Assembly (NCBI GenBank): GCA_041651115.1
Contig: JBAZJY010000005.1
Span: forward strand, 6,405 to 70,404
Reading direction: 5' to 3'
DNA length: 64,000 bases
Source of the DNA: Candidatus Omnitrophota bacterium
GTDB lineage: Bacteria; Omnitrophota; Gorgyraeia; Gygaellales; Profunditerraquicolaceae
In this document: positions 27,501 through 38,500 of the stretch, one piece after another
Layout: every line of letters begins with the position of its first letter
How positions within the stretch are numbered: the stretch's first letter is position 1
The notes under the pieces: generated by a model
What the model was told of the DNA's origin: nothing
Databases searched by the model: none
Seen by the model: only the letters and a program-made list of their open reading frames with translations
Position numbers and translations under genes: made by a program

Positions 27501-29109
27501 GGAAGGCATACAGGAAAAAGTAGATGAATCCAGGATCAACCTTGATAAGATCACGCAGGCGCCGCTTACGCTTACTGCTACTACTGCGCAAACAGAAACT
27601 CCAAAACTAAAAACTCAGGCTCTTCCCAATATGTCTTTTCCGGATTTAGATAGAACTAAATGGGCAATGCAAAGGCTTGAGGGCCAGGATTTAGAAGTAT
27701 ATACCGCGGTGCAGAATAAACAACAGGAATTAAATAGCAATTTAAACCGCGACCTGTCTAATGTCAAACAAATGCAGTTCTTTGAATATAAGGATATTGG
27801 CGGCAGGACACTGATGCTTCCGACATGGGGCATGAGTATGGGTTCTGTTTTGCAGACGCGGGATGATGCTATGGCAGCTGCCATAAATCAGGAAGAATTA
27901 AGGTTCAGCAAGCTCATGGCCTATAATTATGACAGGCAAGGCATAGAAACTTCCATTGACAAAGGCTACAAGGAAGCGTTGGTTAGCGGCAATGATTTCC
28001 TTACTAACATGTTCAAAGAAACCAAGACCCTTCCCATAAACGGCCATAGCTTAGTAATGGAGCCTAATAATAATGGCATGTTGGGAGCTTTTTACGATCG
28101 TTCAACTACGGTTTATGTGCCGGGAGAATATGGCAGCTATGACGCCGCACTTCCCGAGGGTACCTACAAGTATGACGGAAGGGGTTCTGCGGATGTTATT
28201 CAGAGAAGCCAATTAAGGCTAAAAAATTCAGAAGAAGCAAAATTGGTCCCGTTAGACGGCAGGTCTACTTCTACGAACACGGCCGCGGCGCCGGTAATTA
28301 ATAATCCGCCGGTACAAACAGCGCCTGCGCCGGTTACAGGCCCTGACCTGCAGTCGCAGGAAGCAGAGCTTAAACCGCTTAAGCCTATCGTAAAACCTAT
28401 ACCAAACAATATTGATCAATCAATCCCGCTGTCCCGGGCATATCCGCAGCAGCAACCTGTAAGTGTTAATACAACCGTGCCTGAATTGACCGACGAGCCG
28501 GCAGTTGAAACAATAAAACAGGAAACTGTAACCGTACCCCAATATGACCTAAAAGATTACATCCAGCTTGAAACAGCTGTTTTGAATATGGCCCCTACCC
28601 TAGGCGTAGGCGACATCGGCTTCTTATCCCAATGCGCTCAATATGGAACAATCGATAGCGATAATATCAATAAGATCGTGCCTTTGTTTGCAGAAGCAAG
28701 AAAAAATGGCGCGATTGATGATATGGGGTTAGTATACCTAGAGCAGTTTATGTCTATTAAAAAGATACCAATAGTACCAGAGGGCTCTGTTCGAGAAGGT
28801 GACGTTACAGCACTTGCTTTGGCAGAAGAAGAAGCTCTCAAGCAAGGAAATGTAGTAGAGATCCCTCCTATCATAACTTCGGAAAATTCCGAGGCATTTT
28901 TTACCACAATAGGCAATCAAGATTTTGTCAATAGATTAGGGAGGAATAACGAAGCTATATATGGATTCTACTCGGCTTTGAATAAACTATCGGATAGCGG
29001 TAAGGTATCTCCAGACAATCTGTTGAAAGTCACGGATTATTTACGCGATCATCCAGACGAGATTGAGTATTCCCGCAGAACCGGTGAGCTAAGAGGTTTT
29101 GAGAAATAA
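21562..29109 (+). CDS. giant secreted/surface protein (2,515 aa), function unknown
   Basis: Uninterrupted ORF. N-terminal signal-like segment WLSVILALAFLLNTISPAFA. Gly/Ala/Ser-rich low-complexity block. Trp-containing amphipathic 11-mer repeats (AIVNAAKALWQAIVNAAKAIWTALKNAWQAIV...KPIWKNLIKPIWNF). Pro-rich segment near 28280-28400. No recognised catalytic motif. Confidence 0.7.
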   Translation: MMNPTSLLERRKMTKAGFFTFGFLRKQKWLSVILALAFLLNTISPAFAREGNSGRRTSLEMYGLGALAGSALGASILIGYETGQWWGVAAAAAANMASDLTGLVMYYYFYESYGETATVFGKELKFGNVEISKGMLYSMYAGTITGALVGIVGGLASGASSGASSSLESGASSGIESAAASAGEGAVSGAATGAASGATSGAVAGAANSVITAIVNAAKALWQAIVNAAKAIWTALKNAWQAIVKFFDRPLKEILKSVGKALWENVLKPILEPIWKNLIKPIWNFITHPIRTIKDFFARIAKTAADNNINWLRAAIRVVYKLDKLKPGSVANPYIRYGAERSFGAAFAHLVGDLVINTAKLFFRETIKQNLEKGFEITIGKGKNKKTLIAIDEQDETIAEIAADIATIYFSACITPTVRILLGNLMHVYGGKGKFVLDNQGGYLSKEGEGFIDEGVTYEIDAVEMNSQEINRRLEAKQIKGDAMVKVTRDGKTEEIKAEAVANMLNGKNYTVTLQADVTLNGETVKAGTKIAVNATEFTNLWQQEGVINKSGSVDVTNTDGVTQQISAEAAYAGAVNILSASYTAGITIAAHDYFQMRESETIKEGSTPVRVTSADKKNQVDTTAKELDGVFNDTYVQLEMARRLENKIITFQDAATGELHEMKMSEVAREIAPNKDGTVGVQNDNGTYSVVINGKEVIVDAATSAQLHSNLVAYATIMASSAHQTALALTGGLLNDIHGNPVSSKPLKAGLQTMRSIGLHPLVGAGVKILALKLMKYRTHYGDESGRVAENAKKMAIADFFGNLASSAVANSSRFNTWYAGTDENPYVQRGDSGEYLGREYAQRMGKEFVTQTALLANELAWANYCKKKDITPDALDEVRHLAAGSLVSGLVDAIYRRDPGTVEKKDQVLVETSGMASGNGELMFVDRDSLTESTYDKDTFLFKVNGEDLRGKIRTLDNKEKVFLNEDDVLFVGAKAPDDNKKWSAVTWQTNNASVKTGGQVSYNVTYDVSSRLNDPQFQSRQNLTAGKFVKSVAQDFNNHFIQAAARSSLYLSPMFTPGTGPAGFLAQQQMQDQWIQHIQGMAQGTGPGMLMANRLGGNMRYYANMNVADSLGAAITNRFMRQELRSYATFMTTQEKLQYLQVTEEKNLKRKVELLGSLRAFNKEYGGDINKLNADIEQANIDLATAEQAGRVDEVNTMRKALETMYGMVIAADEVLKKAYSLQIVRANEVYSLPAEAQSRIFNDLMPEVIDGLQADVDASAYKIGAMERAKGSLGILSSVPILGAMIQSAVLSNLATSTGQAQGINDFIIGGIVDYNVDRTFDIYAPMSGYTAGALESTVDNSAKTTQMSEKDKQAFRSLLKDPELRKRSELRSNYSMSVAGVYQGSESYANTPLLNASGISQEVRSTRMELREAETGGKALVVTDSTKIDAINVIKEMRKNNPNVEAFTYIPEDKDKTPEQVETALYELKTGRVLFSDYGLTSRTTVDQFGRAVETRHYAPDFVFSDIGSEWQTGIEQDVITRHYYGPFGHAVSITTDYTQIGVPDADNWPGAKDWTIGMGKVWNDLAAEFKVVGVTPEQLAGKLGIELTGQESAEELQVKFTSFLQEKLKEGPDAIEKIDADIKTFAGSLNVEPKNIGGDFSNYIPKIKKYVYATDPKTGEYRTDKSGRLIPIGSVLNAKAAQTQRFLAAAQNLREGKPIEYSYAGKEDYQVTALKVPQEEIDKSRALVTQDMLEEFAGFATDVYGKKVRAKDINMNTPWGGILAYMAVNPQPDGRKWSELTTDEKQDIFAGVTAWRLLTYGLYAEDPNVKQTIPNNQSTLTLFLGSGADQIRGANYLYVPAIAGQKMEPLKTTLTGPEGYYQPVSVGPNYSYDISIYSTGEGKTPYSGPSHRASVSDINSGPALNAAAQYTLPTDAVERQLQQLVYNFAATDFKGADQRAELIGFMKNELGIDEEDAIAKVDRLNSREYGREFLEGIQEKVDESRINLDKITQAPLTLTATTAQTETPKLKTQALPNMSFPDLDRTKWAMQRLEGQDLEVYTAVQNKQQELNSNLNRDLSNVKQMQFFEYKDIGGRTLMLPTWGMSMGSVLQTRDDAMAAAINQEELRFSKLMAYNYDRQGIETSIDKGYKEALVSGNDFLTNMFKETKTLPINGHSLVMEPNNNGMLGAFYDRSTTVYVPGEYGSYDAALPEGTYKYDGRGSADVIQRSQLRLKNSEEAKLVPLDGRSTSTNTAAAPVINNPPVQTAPAPVTGPDLQSQEAELKPLKPIVKPIPNNIDQSIPLSRAYPQQQPVSVNTTVPELTDEPAVETIKQETVTVPQYDLKDYIQLETAVLNMAPTLGVGDIGFLSQCAQYGTIDSDNINKIVPLFAEARKNGAIDDMGLVYLEQFMSIKKIPIVPEGSVREGDVTALALAEEEALKQGNVVEIPPIITSENSEAFFTTIGNQDFVNRLGRNNEAIYGFYSALNKLSDSGKVSPDNLLKVTDYLRDHPDEIEYSRRTGELRGFEK

Positions 29110-29130
29110 AACTAATAAAAATATTAAATT

Positions 29131-29172
29131 AATGTCCAATCTGAAATAAAATCGCTTATAAATGTCCAATCT
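29131..29172 (+). promoter_or_regulatory. two direct AATGTCCAATCT boxes, 30 bp apart, between the giant genes
   Basis: aatgtccaatctg at 29131 and aatgtccaatcta at 29161, followed by ttggttaagtca and hairpin repeat copy 5. Confidence 0.45.
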
Positions 29173-29198
29173 AAAATAAGAGTCTTAATTCCAATATT

Positions 29199-29321
29199 GG
29201 TTAAGTCATTAGGTTAAGGTTAAGAGGCCAGTATGGTAAATAGGTTATGGTTAAGTGCCAAATAACCTAACCTTAACCCCTAAACCATACCGGCTTCCTG
29301 ACCCTAACCTTAACCTAATTA
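29199..29321. repeat. palindromic hairpin repeat, copy 5
   Basis: ggttaagtcattaggttaaggttaagaggccagtatggtaaataggttatggttaag, loop, then aacctaaccttaacccctaaaccataccggcttcctgaccctaaccttaacc. Confidence 0.8.
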
Positions 29322-29527
29322 CCCTTTTATTACCAATAAGTTTTAGCTCTCCTTAAGAAGAAAACGCTACCAAAAATCACCGACAAAATTCTTGACAACT
29401 ACTATATATATGTTATATTTAGAGTGTCATTCCTGAACAATATTACCGAATAGAAAAATGAAGTTCGGTTTTTATATTGCTACTTAATAATGAGTTTTAA
29501 AAAGTACCGCTAAAACTCACAAAAAAA

Positions 29528-32500
29528 ATGGAAAACCCGGCTAACAAAGCTGAAAGAAAAATGGGGGAAAGGGGGAATTTGTCGGTTCCCCTTTTCTATT
29601 TAGGTACTAATAAGAAACAAGAAAATCTTTCAGCGGTCGTTGATGAGCCACAATTTAAATCCAAGTTCAAAACCTGGATCAGAGTTGTGGCTTTTATTGT
29701 GGTCGCGGTATTCCTGCCGGAGCAGGTAGCGCAGGCAGTAGAATATGATTGGCGCGTGCTCTGGCAGAAGCCGGCGGCAATGGGCAATGCGTTTGCGCCT
29801 GCGTATTTGGCGGACACAAAGAACCTTGATATCCCTATTGCCGTAAGAAACATCCTCAAAGACGTTGCCGGCAAACCGATCACATCAATAAAAATTTCTC
29901 CTACGCTTACAGTTGACCTGCCCAAGCCACTGAATATTTCCAAACAAAGAATTGAAGAGATCTTTAATTGGCTACAGGGCAGGCCTTGCGGTTCCAAGGC
30001 GCTGTATGATCTATTAAGTTATGGCGGCGCCAAGGCAACAGAGCAGGATATTGCCGTATTCGCCCTGACCGTGGATATCTTAAGCGGTACAGTCAAGCCA
30101 GAGGGTAACCCGGAAATAATCAAAAATTCCCTCTACGCCTTAGCTAAAGCTTCCGAATTTTTCGGCGTTAAACTTTATCCGGCCAAGGTTAATAACCAAA
30201 CACCTAACACCCAGCACCTAACACCTTTTATTGTCCACTTGAGCAATGATCACTATGTTCTCGTTACCAACATCACTCCGGAAAAAGTTTATTATATTTC
30301 AAACCACAAAGAAGAATTCATCCCCACGGAGAAATTTAATGCCAGATTCACCGGCTATTGTTTGGTATCTGAGATAAAAGGCAGCCTTGAAGCAATAAGC
30401 GAAGAAGAGGCCAAGAAAATAAAAGGCGCCAGCGATTGGGGCGATAATTATAGCTATGACGCCGGCACTTATGGCTCCAACAGCTATTACACCAACAATT
30501 ATAGCAACAACTACAATTACAATAATTATAATTCCGGCTATACCGGATTTGATTACCGCCGCAATAATGCTAATCTTAATCTTAACCCGTTCGGCGTTAA
30601 CTTGACGTTAAACAACGGCTCAAGGCAGCAAGCCATACAGCAGGTCTGGGGTTTTGAAACCCGCTATAACCAGCCCAACACAAAAAATTATGCCAGTTTT
30701 TATACTAGCCTTAATAAGCCGATAACCGGCTATTATAAAGATAGCGGCAAGGGCCTTGTCTTAGACAAAGGCAAATTTGGCAATACCTGGCTTACTCCGG
30801 GAGGCAGCTCCATTTCTACCCCGATCACCGGTATTAACAATTGGCAGATCGGCAGCAATAGCGGGGCGGTAGCGTATAAGACAGCGAGCAAGGATTTTGC
30901 TAAATTTGACGACCGGATGACGGTTTGGGTAGGCTCAACGCCAAGCGCAGTATTTGCCCAGAGTTTGAATTTAAATAAAGAATCGTTCTACAAGAGTAAT
31001 TTTGAGACCGGCACAAATCTGCCCGTATGGCATTTTACGCCGATGATGAATACTTTCTTTAACCCGGAAGAGATCGGCAAGGCAGGCGCAGGTTATACTC
31101 CGCCGATCGGCGCTCCTTCGCCCGTAGCTTCACAGTTTTCCATTAATCCCGTAAAAGCAAGTAACGGCAGCGCCATAGGCGTAAAAGACGGATTTTTTGC
31201 CATGGGCGGCCTGAAAGATAAGCCATTCCAGATCAACCTTACCAATGCCGGTGTAACTATCAGGCCGGGCAGCACCATCGGGGTGAGTACAGATTATAAA
31301 AGTGTAGCCGGAAGCACAGCCGCATTTAATAAATATTTTATTCCCGGTCAGCAATTCAATCTTGAGTCCGGCGTTGAATCCCAATTCCATTTCCAACCGC
31401 AAGTGCAGTCAGGCAGATCCTTGGTGTTACAGCCGGGTAAAGGCGTTTTAAGCATGGCCAATACCGGCCGCGATGACGTGCGCTTTGTCGGCACCGGATA
31501 TCTGCAGGGTTTTGATAAGACGTACAGCGCTGCCATATTTACCCGCGAATTAAAAAAGGATAATTGGAAAATTGATTTTAAAGATGAGATGCCGACTTTA
31601 AGCAGCTTGAATAAAGCGGCGAAATCAGCCGGAGAATTACGCAGCCGCACCAGTGAAGGCTTTGAAAGAATAGCCAAGATCCAGAATTGGCATGGTCAGG
31701 ATGATGTCATTACGGGTTTTAGGGCGCAGGGCGACTGGGTCAGGCCGATCACAACTTTGCCCGGAGCTGCTGGTGAAGATAATAAGCGCTATGACAGCTG
31801 GGTAGGCGGCACAGGCACGATCGGCAACCTTGGTAAGGAAACCTTAGAGTTGCATAAGGCCCAGTTCAATATGGGCGTTACCAAAGACGGCCTTGATTTT
31901 ACGCCTACACTCTGGGGTAAATGGAATATCCGCGATAACGCGGTAAAGATCCAGGGTTTGAATTTCCGCGGAGAAAAACTCTTCAATGCCAAAGACGGAT
32001 TTTATTCCGACAGAAAATTAGATGTAGATATTTACGAGATCCTTGACCGCGACAGCCATGGCATTATTACCCGTGCCCCGCTTGTATCCGCAGCGAAATT
32101 AGCCACCTTTACTCCGAAGAGCGGATGGAAAGAGCTGCCGCGTTCGTCTGATACGCAATTCAAGTCAATAACTCAATATACACAGTCTCCTGATACCGGC
32201 GAACTGCAAACAATTAACCGTGCCCTTGGAACCTTGACTAAAGATAATAAGATCCTTATTGATAAAATTGTTTATAGCGCAGTGGAAGTTCCGGAAGCGC
32301 AACTGGGCGCGGACAAGGCAAGCCAGGCTGGCCTGAACGAAAAGCACCGCATTGCAGCTTGGAACACGAGCCTGTTCGCAGACAAGAAATATACATATTT
32401 TTCAGAAAGCGGAGATACTAAACTTCAGCACGCGGCGAACTTAACCTTAAAAATGACTGCGGATAAAAAATATCTCCAGGGCACAGGCCTGGATTATTCG

Positions 32501-35500
32501 CCGATGTTCCATAATGTCAAGCATACCTTCACCGGCGAGATCAAGGAATTCGTCGGCCAGATAGATACAAAGGGCAACAAGTTCATTTCCGCGATCAGAG
32601 AAGACGGCAGGAAGCTCGCCAATAGCAAACAGGTCTATATTAATGCCAGCGGCATTGCTGATACAAAAGGCGTGATGTCAAGATATGAAGCGGCAGCGCC
32701 GGATAAGAAATTAAACATCCTGTTAACAGGGCTTACTAACAGGCCGGATGACCCCAAAAATCACGATGAAATTAATTTCTTGGTTCGCCTGCATTCAGTC
32801 AATATCAAGGATGGCGGCAAGACCCTTTCAGGCCTCAAGGGCCTGGACGCGCTTTCCTTTAAAAAGGATAAATGGACAAATGTAAGCGCAAGTATTGACA
32901 AGGATAATCCGGGCCTCCTGTCTGTTAAGGACATTAAGGGTCAGAAGTATATATTAGGCAATCAGGCATTGCCACATAACGACGCTGAATTTGAAAATAG
33001 TTTACGGGATCAGGCAAAGAAGGCTGGCATGGCTGACGCGGATAAAGCCGCAATGGCAGCGGTTGTGGAGCATATTAATAAGATTAACGAAGATTCTCCT
33101 GCTGCAAAAATAACCCAGGAACCGGTTCTTGTGCCGACCACCACAATCAGCAATAAGGGTATTGCCGATTCACAGAAGCTCCTCGTAAGCTTAAGTGGCG
33201 ATTTCCGCGGCGCGGCAGAACAGGATTTAAGAAATGCCGTGATCAAGAATGAATACGGCAAGGATTTTAACCTTGCAGCTGTCAAGGATCCTACCAAAGG
33301 CGAAATTCACGCTTATCTGGGCCTGAAATCCGGAACACAAAATAATCCCGCGATCATGCGTTTTAACGAGAGCGGCATCCAGGATTTTGTCAAGGGCACA
33401 GGCTACTATCAGGCAAGACAGGGCGATTATCATTATGTAGGCTTTACGAGCAATAATGCAGACCTGCCGGCTGTCGGTTTGCAGTTGAGCCGTATCGAAT
33501 TTACCACTCAGAAAAACAACGCAGGCGAATATGTCAGCAAGACTGTTGATATTACCCGTTTTACTCCAGATAAAAATGTACTCACCTCTACTTCCGGCGA
33601 TGTTGGTTTCAGTAAATTACTGCGTTCCCCGGATTCCGGCGCGTTAGCATTTAAGGACGTAAAAGGCATTGATTATTCTGCCACGGTAAACTATGGCTTG
33701 AACGGCTCAATGGCTATTCCGCAGCTCCAGGAAACCAGCAAAGAAAAAGAAAAGCAACCTTCCATGATGAAGCGGGAGGATTTATTCCTGCGTTTCGCTA
33801 ATTGGCTGAATAGATATGCCGCGAATAATAAAGAAGATAAAGCCTTAACTGAATTTGCCGAATCACTGAGGAGCCAGCACGCGGATTATGTGGATAAATC
33901 CAATAAGTTAAAATGGATAGAAGTAGGAGATCAATTAATCCTTCAGGTTAAGTTTGATGGGATTGAGGGTAAAATAAAAGCTATTTTTACTGTCGGTAAA
34001 AACGATGAGGATCTTTTGGTCGAGTTGGGGCGCGGTAATACCGAGGCTGTTAACAAGGCGTTAGGAGATGGCTATGAAGTAGAGCTGCGCCGGAACGGTG
34101 AGTTTAAAAATGTCTATAAATATGACAAAGATAAAAATAAGTATGAAGTATTGGGAAAATTCAAGGATCGTTTCGGAGAAAAACATAAATGGGCCAGGCA
34201 ACCCAATGTTGAGGACTATCTTGTAGTTAAACAGGTTGAGAATAAAGAGGGAAAGCAGGTCAAACGCAGCGCCTGGGGATTTTTAAGTAACGAGGGTGAG
34301 TTTTCTAATTCGCTCAGCCAAAAAATAGCAGATAACGCCGAGATATTCTCCACGGTTGATAAAAAAGGCAGCGTAACAAACACCGCTATTATTCATGCGG
34401 CCGCGGGCGACATATCGACTGAATATTTTGAATACAGTGATGGCGGTTACTTTGGGCTTCCCCTGCTTACCTTTACCGCCAACATATCGCCAACGATTAC
34501 CCATGGCACCAGTGTTTCCGAAACCTCCACGGAAGTCGAAGTTTCCAATAACCTAAAAATAGAAATTAATGAATTCGCTCCTGCCGATAACATTAATAGA
34601 GTCGTGACTACTATGTCCCCGGGTGAATTTGAGGCAGCTACTGCGCTTGAGAGCACAGCCTATGCCATCATCGGCGGCCAGGCGGTTCTCATTGATTCCG
34701 AAGCGGCTAAGAATGCCGGCAAGGCCCAGATCTTGAATCATCTCCGCAGTGAGGGCATAACAGCAGAAAATATCAACGAAAACAGTGTATCTATAACGTC
34801 CTACGGCTCACTCTCAAGGGCATCGTTTAAATTTGATGGCGAAGATCAACAGGGTATGGAATATGAGTTCTATGGGATCAAAAGAAATGAATCCGGAGAT
34901 GTCTTTATCAAGGTCAATAGATTCAACGCAGCTAATATTAATGACGGTGGATTCTGCATGATCACCAGAGAAGGCCAGGTCCTCAATAGCTACACAACTC
35001 CGGACGGGAGAGATTCCATCAGCATAGATCCTTCAACCGGAAATTTCCATTCGACATGGACCGGCCCCGACGGCAATAAATATAACTATGTTACTACTAT
35101 ATTAGGCCAGAATATCTACACTCTGGACAGGCCCGCGCAGGAGGCGCCGGACGCATTCTGGTTTAATCTAAGCAATTTCAGCCTGGCGGAGTATTTCAAT
35201 AAACAATATACGGAACAAGCAAGGTTTGACCGGCTGTATTTCACCGACGGAAAAGGAAATATGGTTGAACACGCCGAAGGTATGAAATCTTTAAGCAGGT
35301 ATTTATCTCAGGTGCAGTTAAGCGCTTTGAATTCCGGCAATAAAATGGATTTTGATAATACTATAGCTCTTTATCGCGTTCCCGGCCGTGGATTTTTCCA
35401 TAGTACCTGGGCATTTGCCAGTCCCTTAAAGAGGAGGCGCGGGATCATGGTAGAGGAAGAGGGCCAGGTAAAGGATATGAGCTTTAAGGACCTGGGCCTC

Positions 35501-38500
35501 AATAAAGAAGACCTCCGCAATATCAACAGCCTTTTTGTAGGACTAAAAGGTCGCATCAAAAACGGAACCTATATACATCAAGCGGAGTATTTAAATGCGT
35601 TGGCGTGTTCTCAAGCCAGGGCTTTTGAATACCTGCTTATTAATACTGACTTAGGCGCAAAAGGCATTATTCCTCTGGGTATCAGAGATAAGGCAGTTAC
35701 CGGAGGTAAAATAAATACTATCGCCACAGCCACGGTCTTGATTGCCGGCGGCACCGTTGCCAGCTTCTACAGCGCGGGCGCTGCCAGCCCCATAGCTGCT
35801 GCGGGCTTGACCATGCTTGCCGGAGCCCTCGGCGCTACCTCCTCGGAAGTTTTCAAATACGGCTTCAGAGGCGAACATCTTACGTTTAAAGAGGGAGCTA
35901 CTTCTTTTGTTTTTTCCGCGGCTCCCGGAGCATTAGGAAGATTAGGGGCCGGAGTTAAAGGCGCCGGAACGATAAAGACCATCGCCGATATCGCCGTTAA
36001 GGGAACCAGAAGCGGCTATGTTATTTATAATGCTTCTAACGCGCTGAATATCTACACTACAGGTAAACCGCTTAATTTTGCCCAAAGTGCAGGAGTTTTA
36101 GCGGCAAATTATCTTTTTACCGCGCCGTCTGCAATGGGAGGGATTTTCGGCAGCACCGGCAAAATAGCTACTAAGTATACCCAATTGATAACTAAGGTAG
36201 GTTTTGGTAGTCCCCGGCTTGGTAGGGTGATCGTTAACACGGCAACCAACCAGATTTTATTGCAAGGTACTTCGTTAGTAACCACGGGTAAATGGGCTGA
36301 CAGGAAGGTTACCTTGGGAGTTATTGGAGCCAGCATATTACCTTCAGTTTATATGCGCAGCAGCGGTATTGGCATTCTTCCGGGCATGGCGATTACCACT
36401 GCCGATACGGTTAAATATAAGATTACCCAAAAGAAAGACAAAGACGGTATTGGCCAGCACTTGACTTGGGGACAGATTAGTTTGATCGGCGGCGCGGCAA
36501 TGGTTCCGGGAATTTTAAAGAGAGGATTTACCGCATTAGAATCCAGACTTGGCACTATGACAGGAAAATTTGCCATACCCAAGATACCTGCCTTAGTAAC
36601 CGGGAAAACCGCGTCTTATGTTGCAAAGGCCGGGTTACATTCTCTTGCCGGCGCAGCGCTTTATCCTGCTTTTACTAAGGATAGATATACCGTAAAGAAT
36701 ATCGGTATTGGAGCGCTCGTAGGCTTAGGCGTTTGGGGCCTGCGTTTAGTCAATAACTGGGCAGGCAAAAAGCTTGAATCTTTGATCAGCCGCGCTACAA
36801 AAGCAAATGCCGAGCGCATAGATGTGGCAAATAGGCTGCTGAATAAGGTTGGCGTTCAGACAGCTGAAGAGGTAATTAAAGTACCGACAAACGCAAAAAG
36901 CTTTTTTGTAAATCAGGCTACATTCCTTACTACTTCTACTGTTTTTGCTTATTTAGAACAGAAAGACCCGCTCTACAATTCTTTTGGCACTGCCAGCGCA
37001 ATCAGCTCCGTACTTCTTAATCCGGGGAGAAATATACTTTCTACCATTTCCAACCTCGGCAGATATCTTGACAATAGAAAAGGCCTTGCCGATAAGGAAG
37101 AGGTAGAGGCGATCCTGGGCGATCGGTGGCAGGAATTCTTTAAAGAGGACAAAGATCTAGGAGGCAAATACGTCAGATTTAAAGAGAGCAGGTTTAAAGA
37201 CGCATTAAAAGATTATAATCTTGATTCCGACACTAAGCGTAAACTACGCACTCTTTGGACAAAGTCGGAAAGCGCATTATCTGCCCGGCTTGCATACATA
37301 CAAGGAAAAGAAAGAAACACTTTTAATGAACTTCTACGCAATGAAGTCGGCGGCATACCGTCGGCAATCCTTGCTTTTGGTTATTACGGTTTAGATACTT
37401 ATCTGCAGGCTTTTAGCGGCAGCTATACCATAAAGGCAGCAGCTAATTTCAAACAGACCGCGCAGGATTTCTTCTCTTTTGCCGATAAGACCAGAGAGGT
37501 GATTACCGAGATCCGGCAGACCTATGAGCTTCCCGACGATAAATGGGTGGAGGTTGGCATGCTTTTAGGAAGCGTGATGGGCGCAAAAAGAGGATATAGC
37601 GCCCTTGGCAATAAATTTAAAGGCATGGCAGCTGCTGATAAGAGCAAGTTCCTGCAGTTTGTTTCCAAGACCCATATTAATGCCGCTAATCTTACTTTTT
37701 TAAATACCGGTTTTGCCGTAGTTGCTCCTCTGTTGAATAAAGGCGCTGATTCAGAAGACTACTTAAGACAGATTTTTTACACTGCTTATGCTAAGGATTC
37801 GGTAATGGAGGGCGCAATGGGAGCAAGCTTGGTCTGGAATAGTTTTGCCGGCGCAGCGAATTTATTAACCAAGACCGGCGCAGGCAAGTCCATTAAAACT
37901 TATATGGATGGCCAGTATAAATTCAGGGTCATTGATACGCCTGTTACCGTCGGAAAGTCCACTACTCTCCTTAAGCCGGTGATCAAGGTTGGCGTCAAAT
38001 TTGGCACACCCGCGGCGCTAGTCGGCGTTGGCACAGGCACGTATCTTTTAGCCACAGAAAATAAATTTGTTGAAGAACGTCTTGATCCTACGGTACGCGC
38101 AGTGGTTGCTAATTTAGGCTTGATCACTGCTGCGGCAGGCTTAAGGCTTTTGACAAAAAGCATCAGCAATGTTAAGCAATTTAAGCAGTTAATGCGCGAA
38201 GGAAAGATTATGAGGCCTGAGAGGGTTGTATATAAACATAACGTTAAGGACTTATCGGCAATTAAATATAAACCCGGATCAGCTAACTGGTTTTTCGGCA
38301 CAGGCAATGAACATCTGCAAGGATGGAAAGCCTTCGGCCACCAGATGAAATATAACGCCATCTGGACCGGCGTAGGCACTGGCGCTGGTTTGGCGCTGCA
38401 TAGGATAAATGTTGCCCGCGGCAAAGCAGATAAGGATGACCGGCTGCTTTATATGGTATTGGGCGGATTATCAGGTATGGGTGCCAAGAATCTACCGGGC

